Source: a virus. Taken from it: a stretch of DNA of 64,000 bases. The DNA lies in IMG/VR virus record IMGVR_UViG_3300028876_000002; one strand, 5' to 3'. Positions 43,792 through 51,769 of the stretch are shown in pieces. The notes under the pieces were generated by a model, which was not told where the DNA came from, ran no database searches, and saw only the letters and a program-made list of their open reading frames with translations. Positions within the stretch are counted from its first letter, which is position 1. Each line of letters starts with the position of its first letter. The position numbers and the translations under genes were made by a program.

Positions 43792-44225
43792 TTCACCGAT
43801 TTGGTGCATTTTGGCTCCGCCCACCCGGCCGTTTGGCTGTTTGTGGCGGATCGTTCATGTGTCGGGCCTGCCACCGCCCTGAGACATGCTCAAGAACCCA
43901 CCCAGGAGGGCACACAGCAGCACATTCGGCGTAGGTCGGTAGGGTGGTGGCTTGACGGCTCGCGGGAGCCTCTACGGCCCGGAAATCGACGACCCACGGG
44001 TTCATGGACCGGAGCACAGCCTTAATAGTTCGTGTGCGCTTACTCACTTAGTGTCCTTGCAGAATTTTGCAGATTCAACCCAGAGCACGGAACCGAAGGT
44101 CAGCGTGCACGCAGCGGAGCCGTCAACGGCAACGATCACCACCTCTACCGTGTCGGGGGCCCGGGGGTAGAAGTCCAGCACCAGCCGGACGGGCGCGCAT
44201 GTGGGGGCGGGGGCCGGGTCGGGAC

Positions 44226-44462
44226 TCATGGGTTGAATGTCTCATCAAGGATGTAGCCTGCGTCCCGCAAGCACTGCACTACGCGCTGCGGCAGTTCACC
44301 TGCCCCGTCGTAGTCGGTGAGTTCGAGGCCCGTGAACCACAGGCCACCACCCTCCGTGCCGTCAGCACGTTCCCAGTAGCCGTAGCACGCTGCGGTGTCG
44401 ATCGCCACCACAGCACCCGCGGCGTTGGTGACGAATTGCTTGTCGAAGGTGTAAGAAGCCAT
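44226..44462 (-). CDS. hypothetical early protein
   Basis: YGYWE..DG.EGGGLWF...LTDYDG..ELP. Confidence 0.65.
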   Translation of the reverse strand: MASYTFDKQFVTNAAGAVVAIDTAACYGYWERADGTEGGGLWFTGLELTDYDGAGELPQRVVQCLRDAGYILDETFNP

Positions 44463-44465
44463 GAC

Positions 44466-44927
44466 TCAGTAGTCCTGCAGTTCGGTAGCGAAGCGTGCCA
44501 GTTCCTCGGGAGTGAAGAAGCCGCGCAGTTTGTCTCCGTTGCGCTGGCACGCTTCGTACGTCGCGAATGCCTTGCGCGAGTCGGTGTCGTAACCGAAGTC
44601 ACCACACCACGACTCGAAAGACTGCCCACACGCTTCGGCATCGGACAACACGCACTGCAGCACGTCGGCAGGGCTCGGGGCTTGGGGTTTGGCTTGAGCG
44701 AGCCGTTCAGCCCCCATCAAGCTGTGGAAGCTAGGGATGGGCCCGGGACCCTTCCATTCAGGCATCTTGCGATTGCCAAGGGCGGTGAAGTAGTCGAAGG
44801 TGATTGACTGCTTGTCGCGAGTGAAGGTGCACGCCCACTCATCCATTGTGCGGCCGCTGCCCAGTGAATTAGCGCGTTCACCACGGTAGACAACGTTGAA
44901 GACTGCACCAGCAAGGTCGAGGTTCAT
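44466..44927 (-). CDS. hypothetical early protein
   Basis: DVLQCVLSDA...FESWCGDFGYDTDSRKA..TYEAC. Confidence 0.7.
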   Translation of the reverse strand: MNLDLAGAVFNVVYRGERANSLGSGRTMDEWACTFTRDKQSITFDYFTALGNRKMPEWKGPGPIPSFHSLMGAERLAQAKPQAPSPADVLQCVLSDAEACGQSFESWCGDFGYDTDSRKAFATYEACQRNGDKLRGFFTPEELARFATELQDY

Positions 44928-45385
44928 GATTGGATCCAGGTTTGAGCGAAGGTATCAGCCAGGAAATAGGCAGACGATTGCAAGCCGTGCTTCACAGGCT
45001 TGCGGCGGTAGAGTTCGAACACCTGCACCCCGCCGTTGATCGTGGTGAGGCGCACACCGTAGTTGCGCATCGTGTCACCAGCAAAGCGCATGTTCTCCCG
45101 AGAGAAGTAATGCGACTCGGTATTCCGGGCCAGCAATTCGGCACGCAGGCCGGAGGGGGTGAGCTTGCGGGGCGGTTCGTACGTCACGATATCGCTCACG
45201 CAGCACGAGGCACCATCGGTGAAGGAGACTTGAACCCCGTACGCTTTCGCGAAAGGGGTGCGCGACTCCAGCGATTCAACGATGCGCCCGGTGATGATGC
45301 CGCTGCGCGCGGTGTGGTGCGACACGATGCCACCCTTGCGAATCCGCAGGGGCTGGAAGTAGGGTGCGACTTTGATAGTGGTCAT
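44924..45385 (-). CDS. hypothetical early protein
   Basis: Start 22 nt after sigma54 box; HYFSRENMRFAGDT motif. Confidence 0.65.
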   Translation of the reverse strand: MTTIKVAPYFQPLRIRKGGIVSHHTARSGIITGRIVESLESRTPFAKAYGVQVSFTDGASCCVSDIVTYEPPRKLTPSGLRAELLARNTESHYFSRENMRFAGDTMRNYGVRLTTINGGVQVFELYRRKPVKHGLQSSAYFLADTFAQTWIQS

Positions 45386-45407
45386 TGGGTTTTCCTGAGA
45401 AGAGAGA

Positions 45408-45424
45408 AGCAGGGATCGTGCCAG
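45408..45424 (-). promoter_or_regulatory. sigma54 promoter
   Basis: CTGGCACGATCCCTGCT. Confidence 0.75.
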
Positions 45425-45425
45425 T

Positions 45426-45824
45426 TCACTCGCCGACGTAGAAGAAGACTTTCGATTCGTCAACGCCCTGACTAATGCGGCCGCTGCACACCCCGTCTTC
45501 ACAGTATTGCCGGTACAGAGCCCAATCCCAAGGCAATTGCATGCCGCTTTCGCGCATGGCAGCACTGATATCCTGAATCAGCATTGCGCACAGCTCATCA
45601 TTGCTGTGGGCTTCCAGCTCTTCACGATCCCATGCACCGTACGCTTCGAAGTGACTGATAACCTCGTCACGGTTTTCGTCGGTGACGTAGTTGTACCTTG
45701 GTGCGTTGTCATTCGCGGCTTGCCATGTGTATTGCCCTGCCGAAAGGCCGAGTTCGGCAATGCTGGCCGAGTAGTCACGGGGGTATTCGGAATTGAAGAA
45801 GTCGGTAATGTCGAGTTCAAGCAT
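45426..45824 (-). CDS. hypothetical early protein (acidic)
   Basis: SASIAELG..AG..TW...HFEAYGAW; stop abuts next promoter. Confidence 0.7.
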   Translation of the reverse strand: MLELDITDFFNSEYPRDYSASIAELGLSAGQYTWQAANDNAPRYNYVTDENRDEVISHFEAYGAWDREELEAHSNDELCAMLIQDISAAMRESGMQLPWDWALYRQYCEDGVCSGRISQGVDESKVFFYVGE

Positions 45825-46170
45825 GACGGGCTTTCAGGTAGTCGGCCATTGCAGCACTGTCCAGCAAGTCGGCCAGCGTGTCGGCGTCGGGGTCTTCGTC
45901 AACCGGTTCCAGTTCGGCAGTGATCCACGCTGCGCCGAACGCTTGTTCGCCGTTCGGGCCTTCGTAGACGGTTGCAAGCACGCCATATTCAGCTTCACCA
46001 TCGGTGGTGATGGTGTCGGCTATGTGCTGCCGGGTAGGGCCTTCGTTGTACATGCTCAAGACCAAGGCACGCAGGGCTGCGAAGGGGCACTCAGTGTCGG
46101 CCAGGTTCACGGTGTGGCAGGGGAAGTTACCTTCATTGCCATCACCAGCACGAAATAGGTAAGTCTTCAT
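45817..46170 (-). CDS. hypothetical early protein
   Basis: GGAG RBS, ATGA overlap. Confidence 0.6.
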   Translation of the reverse strand: MKTYLFRAGDGNEGNFPCHTVNLADTECPFAALRALVLSMYNEGPTRQHIADTITTDGEAEYGVLATVYEGPNGEQAFGAAWITAELEPVDEDPDADTLADLLDSAAMADYLKARHA

Positions 46171-46316
46171 GCCCGTGCTCCCCGTGCGCAATGCAGCGCG
46201 TAATGGCAGGCCGATGCGAAGGCCACGCCAGCCGCTTGCAGCGCGCGCACTGCGGCCGCAAGGTCAGTGCGGGCGATCATGCGCGCGAAAGTGATGGCAC
46301 GTTGCAGAGTGGTCAT
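46167..46316 (-). CDS. small early protein (49 aa)
   Basis: AAAGGA RBS directly after sigma54 box; not in ORF track. Confidence 0.5.
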   Translation of the reverse strand: MTTLQRAITFARMIARTDLAAAVRALQAAGVAFASACHYALHCARGARA

Positions 46317-46341
46317 GATTGGGTTCCTTTGAGTAGAGAGA

Positions 46342-46358
46342 AGCAAGAGTTAGGCCAA
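46342..46358 (-). promoter_or_regulatory. sigma54 promoter
   Basis: TTGGCCTAACTCTTGCT plus the shared TCTCT leader. Confidence 0.65.
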
Positions 46359-46706
46359 TTGGGCGAGGCATTCAGAAGCGAGTTCGGCCCGCACTACACG
46401 GCGGTACGCGTCACTCGCGTCAAGGATCGACCATAAGGAGGTGAGCACGTAGCCGTCAGCACTGCGGATGCGGCAACCTTCGCAAGTCTCGAACCTGAAC
46501 CCGTCGTGCTTCGCATCGTAGGCCCCGTCAACGTCGTCAACCCACTCGCACGTCGCGTTAGAGCGCATGAACACCAGTTCTGCAGCCGCCAGCGAGATGG
46601 CGCAACGTGTGCGACCCATGGCGGGGGTTTCGTCGGGCCTGTGGCTGTAACCCGCGTTGCGAAAGAAAAACGCTTCGTCGGGTGTGAGTTTGCGAGTGGG
46701 TTTCAT
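46350..46706 (-). CDS. hypothetical early protein
   Basis: FFRNAGYS...SLWSI...YRRVVRAELA. Confidence 0.65.
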   Translation of the reverse strand: MKPTRKLTPDEAFFFRNAGYSHRPDETPAMGRTRCAISLAAAELVFMRSNATCEWVDDVDGAYDAKHDGFRFETCEGCRIRSADGYVLTSLWSILDASDAYRRVVRAELASECLAQLA

Positions 46707-46721
46707 GGTGTGCTTTCAGAG

Positions 46722-46868
46722 TTAGGCCACAGCGCGACGCAGTTCAATTGCGCCAATCTGCCTACGCGCTTCGAAGGCGTAGTTGCGTGCCAGGTGCCGG
46801 CGGGTCGGGTCATTGCGAAGGCAACGAATCCAAGCCGCTGCGGCAGAGATAAGAGAATAGTGGTTCAT
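46722..46868 (-). CDS. small early protein (48 aa)
   Basis: AGGAG RBS after sigma54 box; not in ORF track. Confidence 0.5.
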   Translation of the reverse strand: MNHYSLISAAAAWIRCLRNDPTRRHLARNYAFEARRQIGAIELRRAVA

Positions 46869-46892
46869 GGTGTGGGCTCCTGAGAGAAGAGA

Positions 46893-46909
46893 AGCAGGGA
46901 TCGTGCCAA
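46893..46909 (-). promoter_or_regulatory. sigma54 promoter
   Basis: TTGGCACGATCCCTGCT. Confidence 0.78.
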
Positions 46910-46910
46910 C

Positions 46911-47147
46911 CTACTTAACGTGGGTTTCAAGGCCCGCACGAAACGCGGCAGCGCGTAACTCTGCGCCCAGTTCGGCCGGGGAGAATCCAGTTCCCTCCAT
47001 TCCATAGTGCACGCAGTAGCTAAACAACCCAGGATCACGAAGCACAAGCGCACCCCGCAATGCAACCCGATGGTATTTGCGAACGCCAGTCAGCGCCGCA
47101 CGTGCAGCGTTTTCAGTGGTGAAAGTGCAATGGGCTTGTGTGAGCAT
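46911..47147 (-). CDS. small early protein
   Basis: GGAG RBS after sigma54 box; stop abuts next box. Confidence 0.55.
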   Translation of the reverse strand: MLTQAHCTFTTENAARAALTGVRKYHRVALRGALVLRDPGLFSYCVHYGMEGTGFSPAELGAELRAAAFRAGLETHVK

Positions 47148-47178
47148 GGCGCGGACTCCGGTTGAATGAGAGTAGAGA

Positions 47179-47195
47179 AGCAGGGATCGTGCCAA
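47179..47195 (-). promoter_or_regulatory. sigma54 promoter
   Basis: TTGGCACGATCCCTGCT. Confidence 0.78.
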
Positions 47196-47348
47196 TCAAC
47201 GAATCTTCACCGAACGAGCGCCAAGGATGAAGAGACAGAAGTCCGCCGGCCCGTAGCACGGGGCGCGACTGCGGAATTCAGCAACGGCAGCCGCCAGCCC
47301 CTGAGTCGCAAGGATGCCGCGAATGGTGAGGATGGTGCCGTAGTTCAT
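47196..47348 (-). CDS. small early protein (50 aa)
   Basis: MNYGTILTIRG...; TGA directly adjacent to the next sigma54 box; not in ORF track. Confidence 0.55.
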   Translation of the reverse strand: MNYGTILTIRGILATQGLAAAVAEFRSRAPCYGPADFCLFILGARSVKIR

Positions 47349-47379
47349 TGCAGTTCTCTAGGTTGAATGAGAGTAGAGA

Positions 47380-47396
47380 AGCAAAGGCCGTGCCAA
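47380..47396 (-). promoter_or_regulatory. sigma54 promoter (consensus)
   Basis: TTGGCACGGCCTTTGCT. Confidence 0.82.
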
Positions 47397-47576
47397 TTAG
47401 TTTGGCTCACACTGACAGTCACCGCAACCCTCAGAGGTGAGCATGCGGGCGAGATACCCGGCCCGGCCGCTGACCATGCGACGGGCACCGGAACGATGCT
47501 CACAGAATAGGGGCTCGCCCGCATCACTGAATCCGCAGAAGTAGCCGTACCGGGCGCGGATGATGTAGGTTTTCAT
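47397..47576 (-). CDS. small early protein (59 aa)
   Basis: MKTYIIRARYG...; TAA directly adjacent to the next box. Confidence 0.55.
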   Translation of the reverse strand: MKTYIIRARYGYFCGFSDAGEPLFCEHRSGARRMVSGRAGYLARMLTSEGCGDCQCEPN

Positions 47577-47611
47577 GTTGCGGTTCTTTGCAGGTTGAAT
47601 GCACAGACACA

Positions 47612-47628
47612 TGCATGACTCGTGCCAG
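47612..47628 (-). promoter_or_regulatory. sigma54 promoter
   Basis: CTGGCACGAGTCATGCA; leader shares CATTCAACC with two other cassettes. Confidence 0.72.
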
Positions 47629-47679
47629 CCCCTGCAACCCCCTGCAACCCCCTGCAACCCCTGCAACCCCTGCAACCCC
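47629..47679. repeat. five tandem CTGCAACCC(C) units
   Basis: Direct reading: three 10-mers then two 9-mers. Confidence 0.9.
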
Positions 47680-47711
47680 GTCCACCAAGCCGAACGCCAG
47701 AAATACCTCTG

Positions 47712-47730
47712 TGGTATGCTTCTTGCATAC
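47712..47730 (+). promoter_or_regulatory. divergent sigma54-like promoter overlapping a palindrome
   Basis: TGGTATGCTTCTTGCA (GG-N10-GC); GTATGC-N5-GCATAC. Confidence 0.55.
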
Positions 47731-47779
47731 TGTGTCAATCCCAAGCCACAAACCGTTAACCAAAATCGTCACCCCCAAA

Positions 47780-48088
47780 ATGCGCCTGCAAAGACTGGAC
47801 CACCCCACGAACCCCGAGCACGGAGGCGTGCTCTGCACCTTCCCCAGCGGGGCCACCAAGGCCGTGCAATGGCCCTCCGCGGGCTACATCACAGACACGC
47901 ACAAGGCAGCCGTGCACGCGGCCACAGAGCTTGTGGACCACATGCTTCGGGTCGGCCTGATCGATGATTTGGAGCGCACGAATATCCCGTCGTGTGTGGC
48001 AGCGATCCAAGCGGTGATGGTTCAGCACAACGAGGCGTGGTTGGGGAGGACGGGAGTCGTGACTCAGGGCTCGGGGCTTGTGATTTAG
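47780..48088 (+). CDS. hypothetical protein
   Basis: Only plausible ORF between the promoter and terS; weak RBS. Confidence 0.4.
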   Translation: MRLQRLDHPTNPEHGGVLCTFPSGATKAVQWPSAGYITDTHKAAVHAATELVDHMLRVGLIDDLERTNIPSCVAAIQAVMVQHNEAWLGRTGVVTQGSGLVI

Positions 48089-48247
48089 GAGGGGGTGGGG
48101 AGGTAGGGGGAGAAGGGCGCTGGGCAGGAAGCCCCTCACCCCCTCCTAGGCCCACAGCCTGTCCAAGTCCCGATCCGGAAATCGAGATTCCGGGGACCAG
48201 AAAACGTCACTTTGCTAAAAATTGCAGAAATTATTTTCTGAATTTCC

Positions 48248-48988
48248 ATGGACGATATTGCTGCCCACCTCAAATCGCTACTTCCGAAGCGTCCCCCGGT
48301 GAAAAAGCCTGCCAAAAGCGGCAATATCATCCGGAAGCGGGCCACCGCAGAGCGGGCAGCAGCAGCCGGAGACCCGGATGCCGAGCAGCGGCTCCAGCGC
48401 GTCGAGGAGGAGACCGCCGAGTACGCCGAGCGCATCTCCGCACGGGGCAACCTGGAGTTGCAGGCCGCCGAGATAGTCGCCCGCAAGACGGTACTGCCTA
48501 TCGACCGCTGCAGCAGTGACCCGCGCCTCCAGGCCGCAATCGCGAAGAAGACGCAAGAACGCCTCGCTGCCGCGGACATAACCGCCGGCAAGGTGATGCA
48601 CGCCATTGGTCGAATCGCCTTCGCGGACATCCGCCGGGCGTTCGACGACGAGGGTGGAATGGTGCCGATCAACCAGCTCGACGACGACACGGCCATGGCG
48701 ATCTCGTCGGTGGACGTGGAGACGAAGGTGGAGCGCACGCTGACCGAGGGCATGCGCAGCGTGACCAGCGTCAAGAAGCTGCGGATGTCGGACCGGATGT
48801 CGGCCCTCACCCTGCTGGCCAAGCACTTCAAGTTGGTGGGCGACGAGGGCGACGGCGTGAACGCGCTCGCCAGCGCCCTGGCCGATCGGCTCGACCGGGC
48901 CCAGAAGCGGATGCACGGCACTGCCCCAGCGCAGCCTATCGAGGATGCAGTCATCCGCGAGCCCAGGGCCGTAGACTACGGGTCCTGA
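48248..48988 (+). CDS. terS: terminase small subunit
   Basis: ITAGKV...IAFADIRRAFD, KKLRMSDRMSALTLLAKHF; precedes terL. Confidence 0.85.
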   Translation: MDDIAAHLKSLLPKRPPVKKPAKSGNIIRKRATAERAAAAGDPDAEQRLQRVEEETAEYAERISARGNLELQAAEIVARKTVLPIDRCSSDPRLQAAIAKKTQERLAAADITAGKVMHAIGRIAFADIRRAFDDEGGMVPINQLDDDTAMAISSVDVETKVERTLTEGMRSVTSVKKLRMSDRMSALTLLAKHFKLVGDEGDGVNALASALADRLDRAQKRMHGTAPAQPIEDAVIREPRAVDYGS

Positions 48989-49028
48989 CCCTCTCCCCTA
49001 CGGTCCCCAACTCCGGAGCACACCGCCA

Positions 49029-49282
49029 TGACCTGCAACTACAGCAAGCGCAGCCCGAACTTCACTCCCACCCCGCACGGCGCCACCCACGTCGCCGAAC
49101 TGCAACCGGCCGCCGACTTCCGAGCCAAGGCCACCGGCGTCGGCAACACCCTCGCCGTCAGCCTGGCCACCGGCCGCGTGCGCTCGCAGTTGGCTGCGGA
49201 ACCGCCGGAGGGCACCACCGCGGACATGGCCGAGGACCTGCTGGAGGAAGCCTCGTACCAAGGCAAGGGAATTGGCTACTAA
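49029..49282 (+). CDS. hypothetical protein between terS and terL
   Basis: GGAG RBS. Confidence 0.45.
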
Positions 49283-49391
49283 AGGGACCATCAATGCCAG
49301 CCCCGTACGGCTGCCTGGCCTACCGGCCGGCATCACGACCGTACGGGCTCCCCCACCCCAATGCAGAGTCCCGATCCGTCCAGGAGACGCC

Positions 49392-50891
49392 ATGAACGCC
49401 GCCATTGAAGGTACCGCCCTGGACCGCGTGATGGACGGGCTGGAGCGGTATTGCAACGACCCTTACGGCTTCGTGATGTGGGCGTTCCCGTGGGGTGAGT
49501 TCGGGACCTCGCTCGAAGACCAGGCCGGCCCGCAGCCGTGGCAGGAGGCGCAGCTCAAGCGCATCGGTGAGCGCCTGCGCGCGGGAGCCGCCAGTCCCGC
49601 ACAGGGCTGCGTGATCGAGGAGGACACGGTGGCCGGCCGCGGGGTCGGCAAGTCGGCGCTGGTGTCGTGGCTTATCCTGTGGTCGGTCAGCACCCACAAG
49701 GACACCCGCGGCGTGGTGACCGCCAACACCGACTCGCAACTCCGGACCAAGACGTGGGCGGAGTTGAGCAAGTGGCACCAGCTCTTCATCGCCAGGGACC
49801 TGTTCACCTTCACAGCCACCAGCATCTACATCGCCAACGACAAGGTGCGGGAGAAGGCGTGGCGGGTGGATGCAATCCCGTGGAGCGAGTCGAACACCGA
49901 GTCGTTCAACGGCCTGCACAACCAGGGCAAGCGGCTGATCGTGATCTTCGACGAGGCGTCTGCTATCAGCGACAAGATCTGGGAGGGCATGCGCGGGACC
50001 CTCACGGACGCCCGCACTCAGATCCTGTGGCTGCGCTACGGCAACCCGACGCGCACGTCCGGGATGTTCTTCAACCGGTGCACGAAGCCCAACCGCAACG
50101 TCGTGACCCGGGTAGACAGCCGCGAGGTGAGCTTCACGAACAAGGAGGAGATCCAGGCGTGGATCGACGAGGAGGGGGAGGACTCGGACTTCGTGCGGGT
50201 GCACGTCAAGGGTATGTTCCCGCGGGCCGGCTACAGCAACTTCATCTCGCCCGAGCTGGTGTTCAACGCCCGCCGCCGCCGGCTCAAACCGGAGACCTAC
50301 CGCGCATACCCGAAGATCATGGCGATCGACCCGGCCCGCTTCGGGGACGACTCGTCGGTCATCACGATCCGGCAAGGCCTCAAGGTCCTGCTGCAGGTGG
50401 CCTTGCAAGGCTTCGACGGCGTGGACCTGGCCGGCCGCGTGTTCGAGCTGTGCCGCAAGGAGGGGCCGATCTCGTGCATCGCGTACGACGCCATCGGCAA
50501 CGGAGCGGACTTGGACTCGGCGCTGCGCCGCATGCAGGGCCTACCGCACCTGATGCCGATTCAGTGGGGCGTGCCGGCGAGCGACGACAAGCAGTACCGC
50601 AACCAGCGCAGCGAGTGCTGGGGCAAGATGCGGGAGTGGCTGGAGAGCGGGCAGATCCCGGACGAGGACGACCTGAGCAACCAGCTCACGAGTCTGGACT
50701 ACGGCCACGACGACCGGTTCAGGATCTCGTTGCAGAGCAAGAAGGACATGAAGAAGAATGGAGGTAAGTCGCCGGACCGCGCCGACTCCTTAGCGATCAG
50801 CTTCGCCCCCGATCTCGTTAAGATTACCACAACCAGAGCCAAGGTTATCCCTACGAAACGTCGGACGGTAATCTGGTCGAGAACGTCCTGA
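49392..50891 (+). CDS. terL: terminase large subunit
   Basis: Walker A GRGVGKS, Walker B IFDEAS, GNPTR, nuclease IDPARFGDD and PDRADSL; AGGAG RBS. Confidence 0.95.
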   Translation: MNAAIEGTALDRVMDGLERYCNDPYGFVMWAFPWGEFGTSLEDQAGPQPWQEAQLKRIGERLRAGAASPAQGCVIEEDTVAGRGVGKSALVSWLILWSVSTHKDTRGVVTANTDSQLRTKTWAELSKWHQLFIARDLFTFTATSIYIANDKVREKAWRVDAIPWSESNTESFNGLHNQGKRLIVIFDEASAISDKIWEGMRGTLTDARTQILWLRYGNPTRTSGMFFNRCTKPNRNVVTRVDSREVSFTNKEEIQAWIDEEGEDSDFVRVHVKGMFPRAGYSNFISPELVFNARRRRLKPETYRAYPKIMAIDPARFGDDSSVITIRQGLKVLLQVALQGFDGVDLAGRVFELCRKEGPISCIAYDAIGNGADLDSALRRMQGLPHLMPIQWGVPASDDKQYRNQRSECWGKMREWLESGQIPDEDDLSNQLTSLDYGHDDRFRISLQSKKDMKKNGGKSPDRADSLAISFAPDLVKITTTRAKVIPTKRRTVIWSRTS

Positions 50892-50925
50892 ATCTGGCAC
50901 AATAGCGAGACTAAGGAGATCCGCT

Positions 50926-51576
50926 ATGCCAAGAGAATTCGTAGTCTACAACGGTGAAAAGTTTTGGTTGCAGACGACCGGCCGGTACTTCCAGTCCGGT
51001 CGTCACGGCCCGAATGCCAAGGAGCGACTGCTACACCGTCGCATTTGGACCGACAACTTCGGGCCGATCCCTGAAGGGACAGAGGTGCACCACCTGGATG
51101 AGGACTGGAGGAACAACGCTCCGGGCAACTTGGAAGTGCGATCCATCTCCAAGCACCGCCGAGAACACCAACTGCAGCGTATGGCGGAGCCTGAGTTCAG
51201 GGCGAAGGCCATCCAGGCGTTGAGAGACAACTCCGGCAAAGCGGCCGAGTGGCATGCATCGCCGGAAGGCCGTGAGTGGCACGCCAAGAACTCCCTCCAG
51301 GCATGGGAGAAGCGCGAACCAGTGGCTGCGGTGTGCTCCGTCTGCACTGCGGCGTACCAGACGTACTTCCCTGACCGGTCACGGTTCTGCTCCCACTCGT
51401 GCGAGCAGAAAGAAGGCCGTATCAGGCACAAGACCGCCGTAGGCTCGTGCCTCCAGTGCGGGACGACATTCACCTTCAACAAGTACCGGAAGGGTGGCCA
51501 GGAGTGTTGCTCCAGAGGCTGTGGCATCCGGCGCCGGCTGGGCCACCCACCGGCAATCGACGCACCCCTGGGTTGA
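50926..51576 (+). CDS. HNH homing endonuclease with C-terminal Zn fingers
   Basis: LHRRIW...GPIP...VHHLDED..NN..NL; CxxC pairs. Confidence 0.88.
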   Translation: MPREFVVYNGEKFWLQTTGRYFQSGRHGPNAKERLLHRRIWTDNFGPIPEGTEVHHLDEDWRNNAPGNLEVRSISKHRREHQLQRMAEPEFRAKAIQALRDNSGKAAEWHASPEGREWHAKNSLQAWEKREPVAAVCSVCTAAYQTYFPDRSRFCSHSCEQKEGRIRHKTAVGSCLQCGTTFTFNKYRKGGQECCSRGCGIRRRLGHPPAIDAPLG

Positions 51577-51601
51577 CAACCTCCAAGTCCTGAGCCACAC
51601 T
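51573..51601 (+). promoter_or_regulatory. sigma70-like promoter upstream of portal
   Basis: TTGACA-17-CACACT. Confidence 0.45.
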
Positions 51602-51641
51602 GCGCAGGTCCTTTCTTCTTTCCGCCTCTGCCTCACGTTAC

Positions 51642-51666
51642 GGCCCTCTCCGGGCCGTTTTCTTTG
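51642..51666 (+). terminator. intrinsic terminator-like hairpin
   Basis: GGCCC-TCTCC-GGGCC followed by GTTTTCTTT. Confidence 0.5.
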
Positions 51667-51712
51667 GTACACTGGCGTCGCTTTCTCCAAGGCGCCGTCC
51701 TCGTGACGATTG

Positions 51713-51746
51713 AACCCCCGGCCCCGTGCCGGGGTTTCTCTTTCTG
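51713..51746 (+). terminator. intrinsic terminator-like hairpin
   Basis: CCCCGGC-CCCGT-GCCGGGG followed by TTTCTCTTT. Confidence 0.5.
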
Positions 51747-51769
51747 GGTCCAGTGCATAATCCGGTCCC

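Noticed and set aside
43793-44229. ORFs 43793-44047 and 44044-44229
   Set aside because: Plausibly coupled small genes, but no recognisable motif and the first overlaps the regulatory region; not called
46215-46231. Additional sigma54 box CTGGCGTGGCCTTCGCA
   Set aside because: Lies inside the coding sequence 46167-46316 and lacks the shared leader; probably chance
45385-47628. CRISPR array or integron attC sites
   Set aside because: Repeats are short promoter motifs separated by whole ORFs of unequal length; no cas genes, integrase or palindromic attC structure
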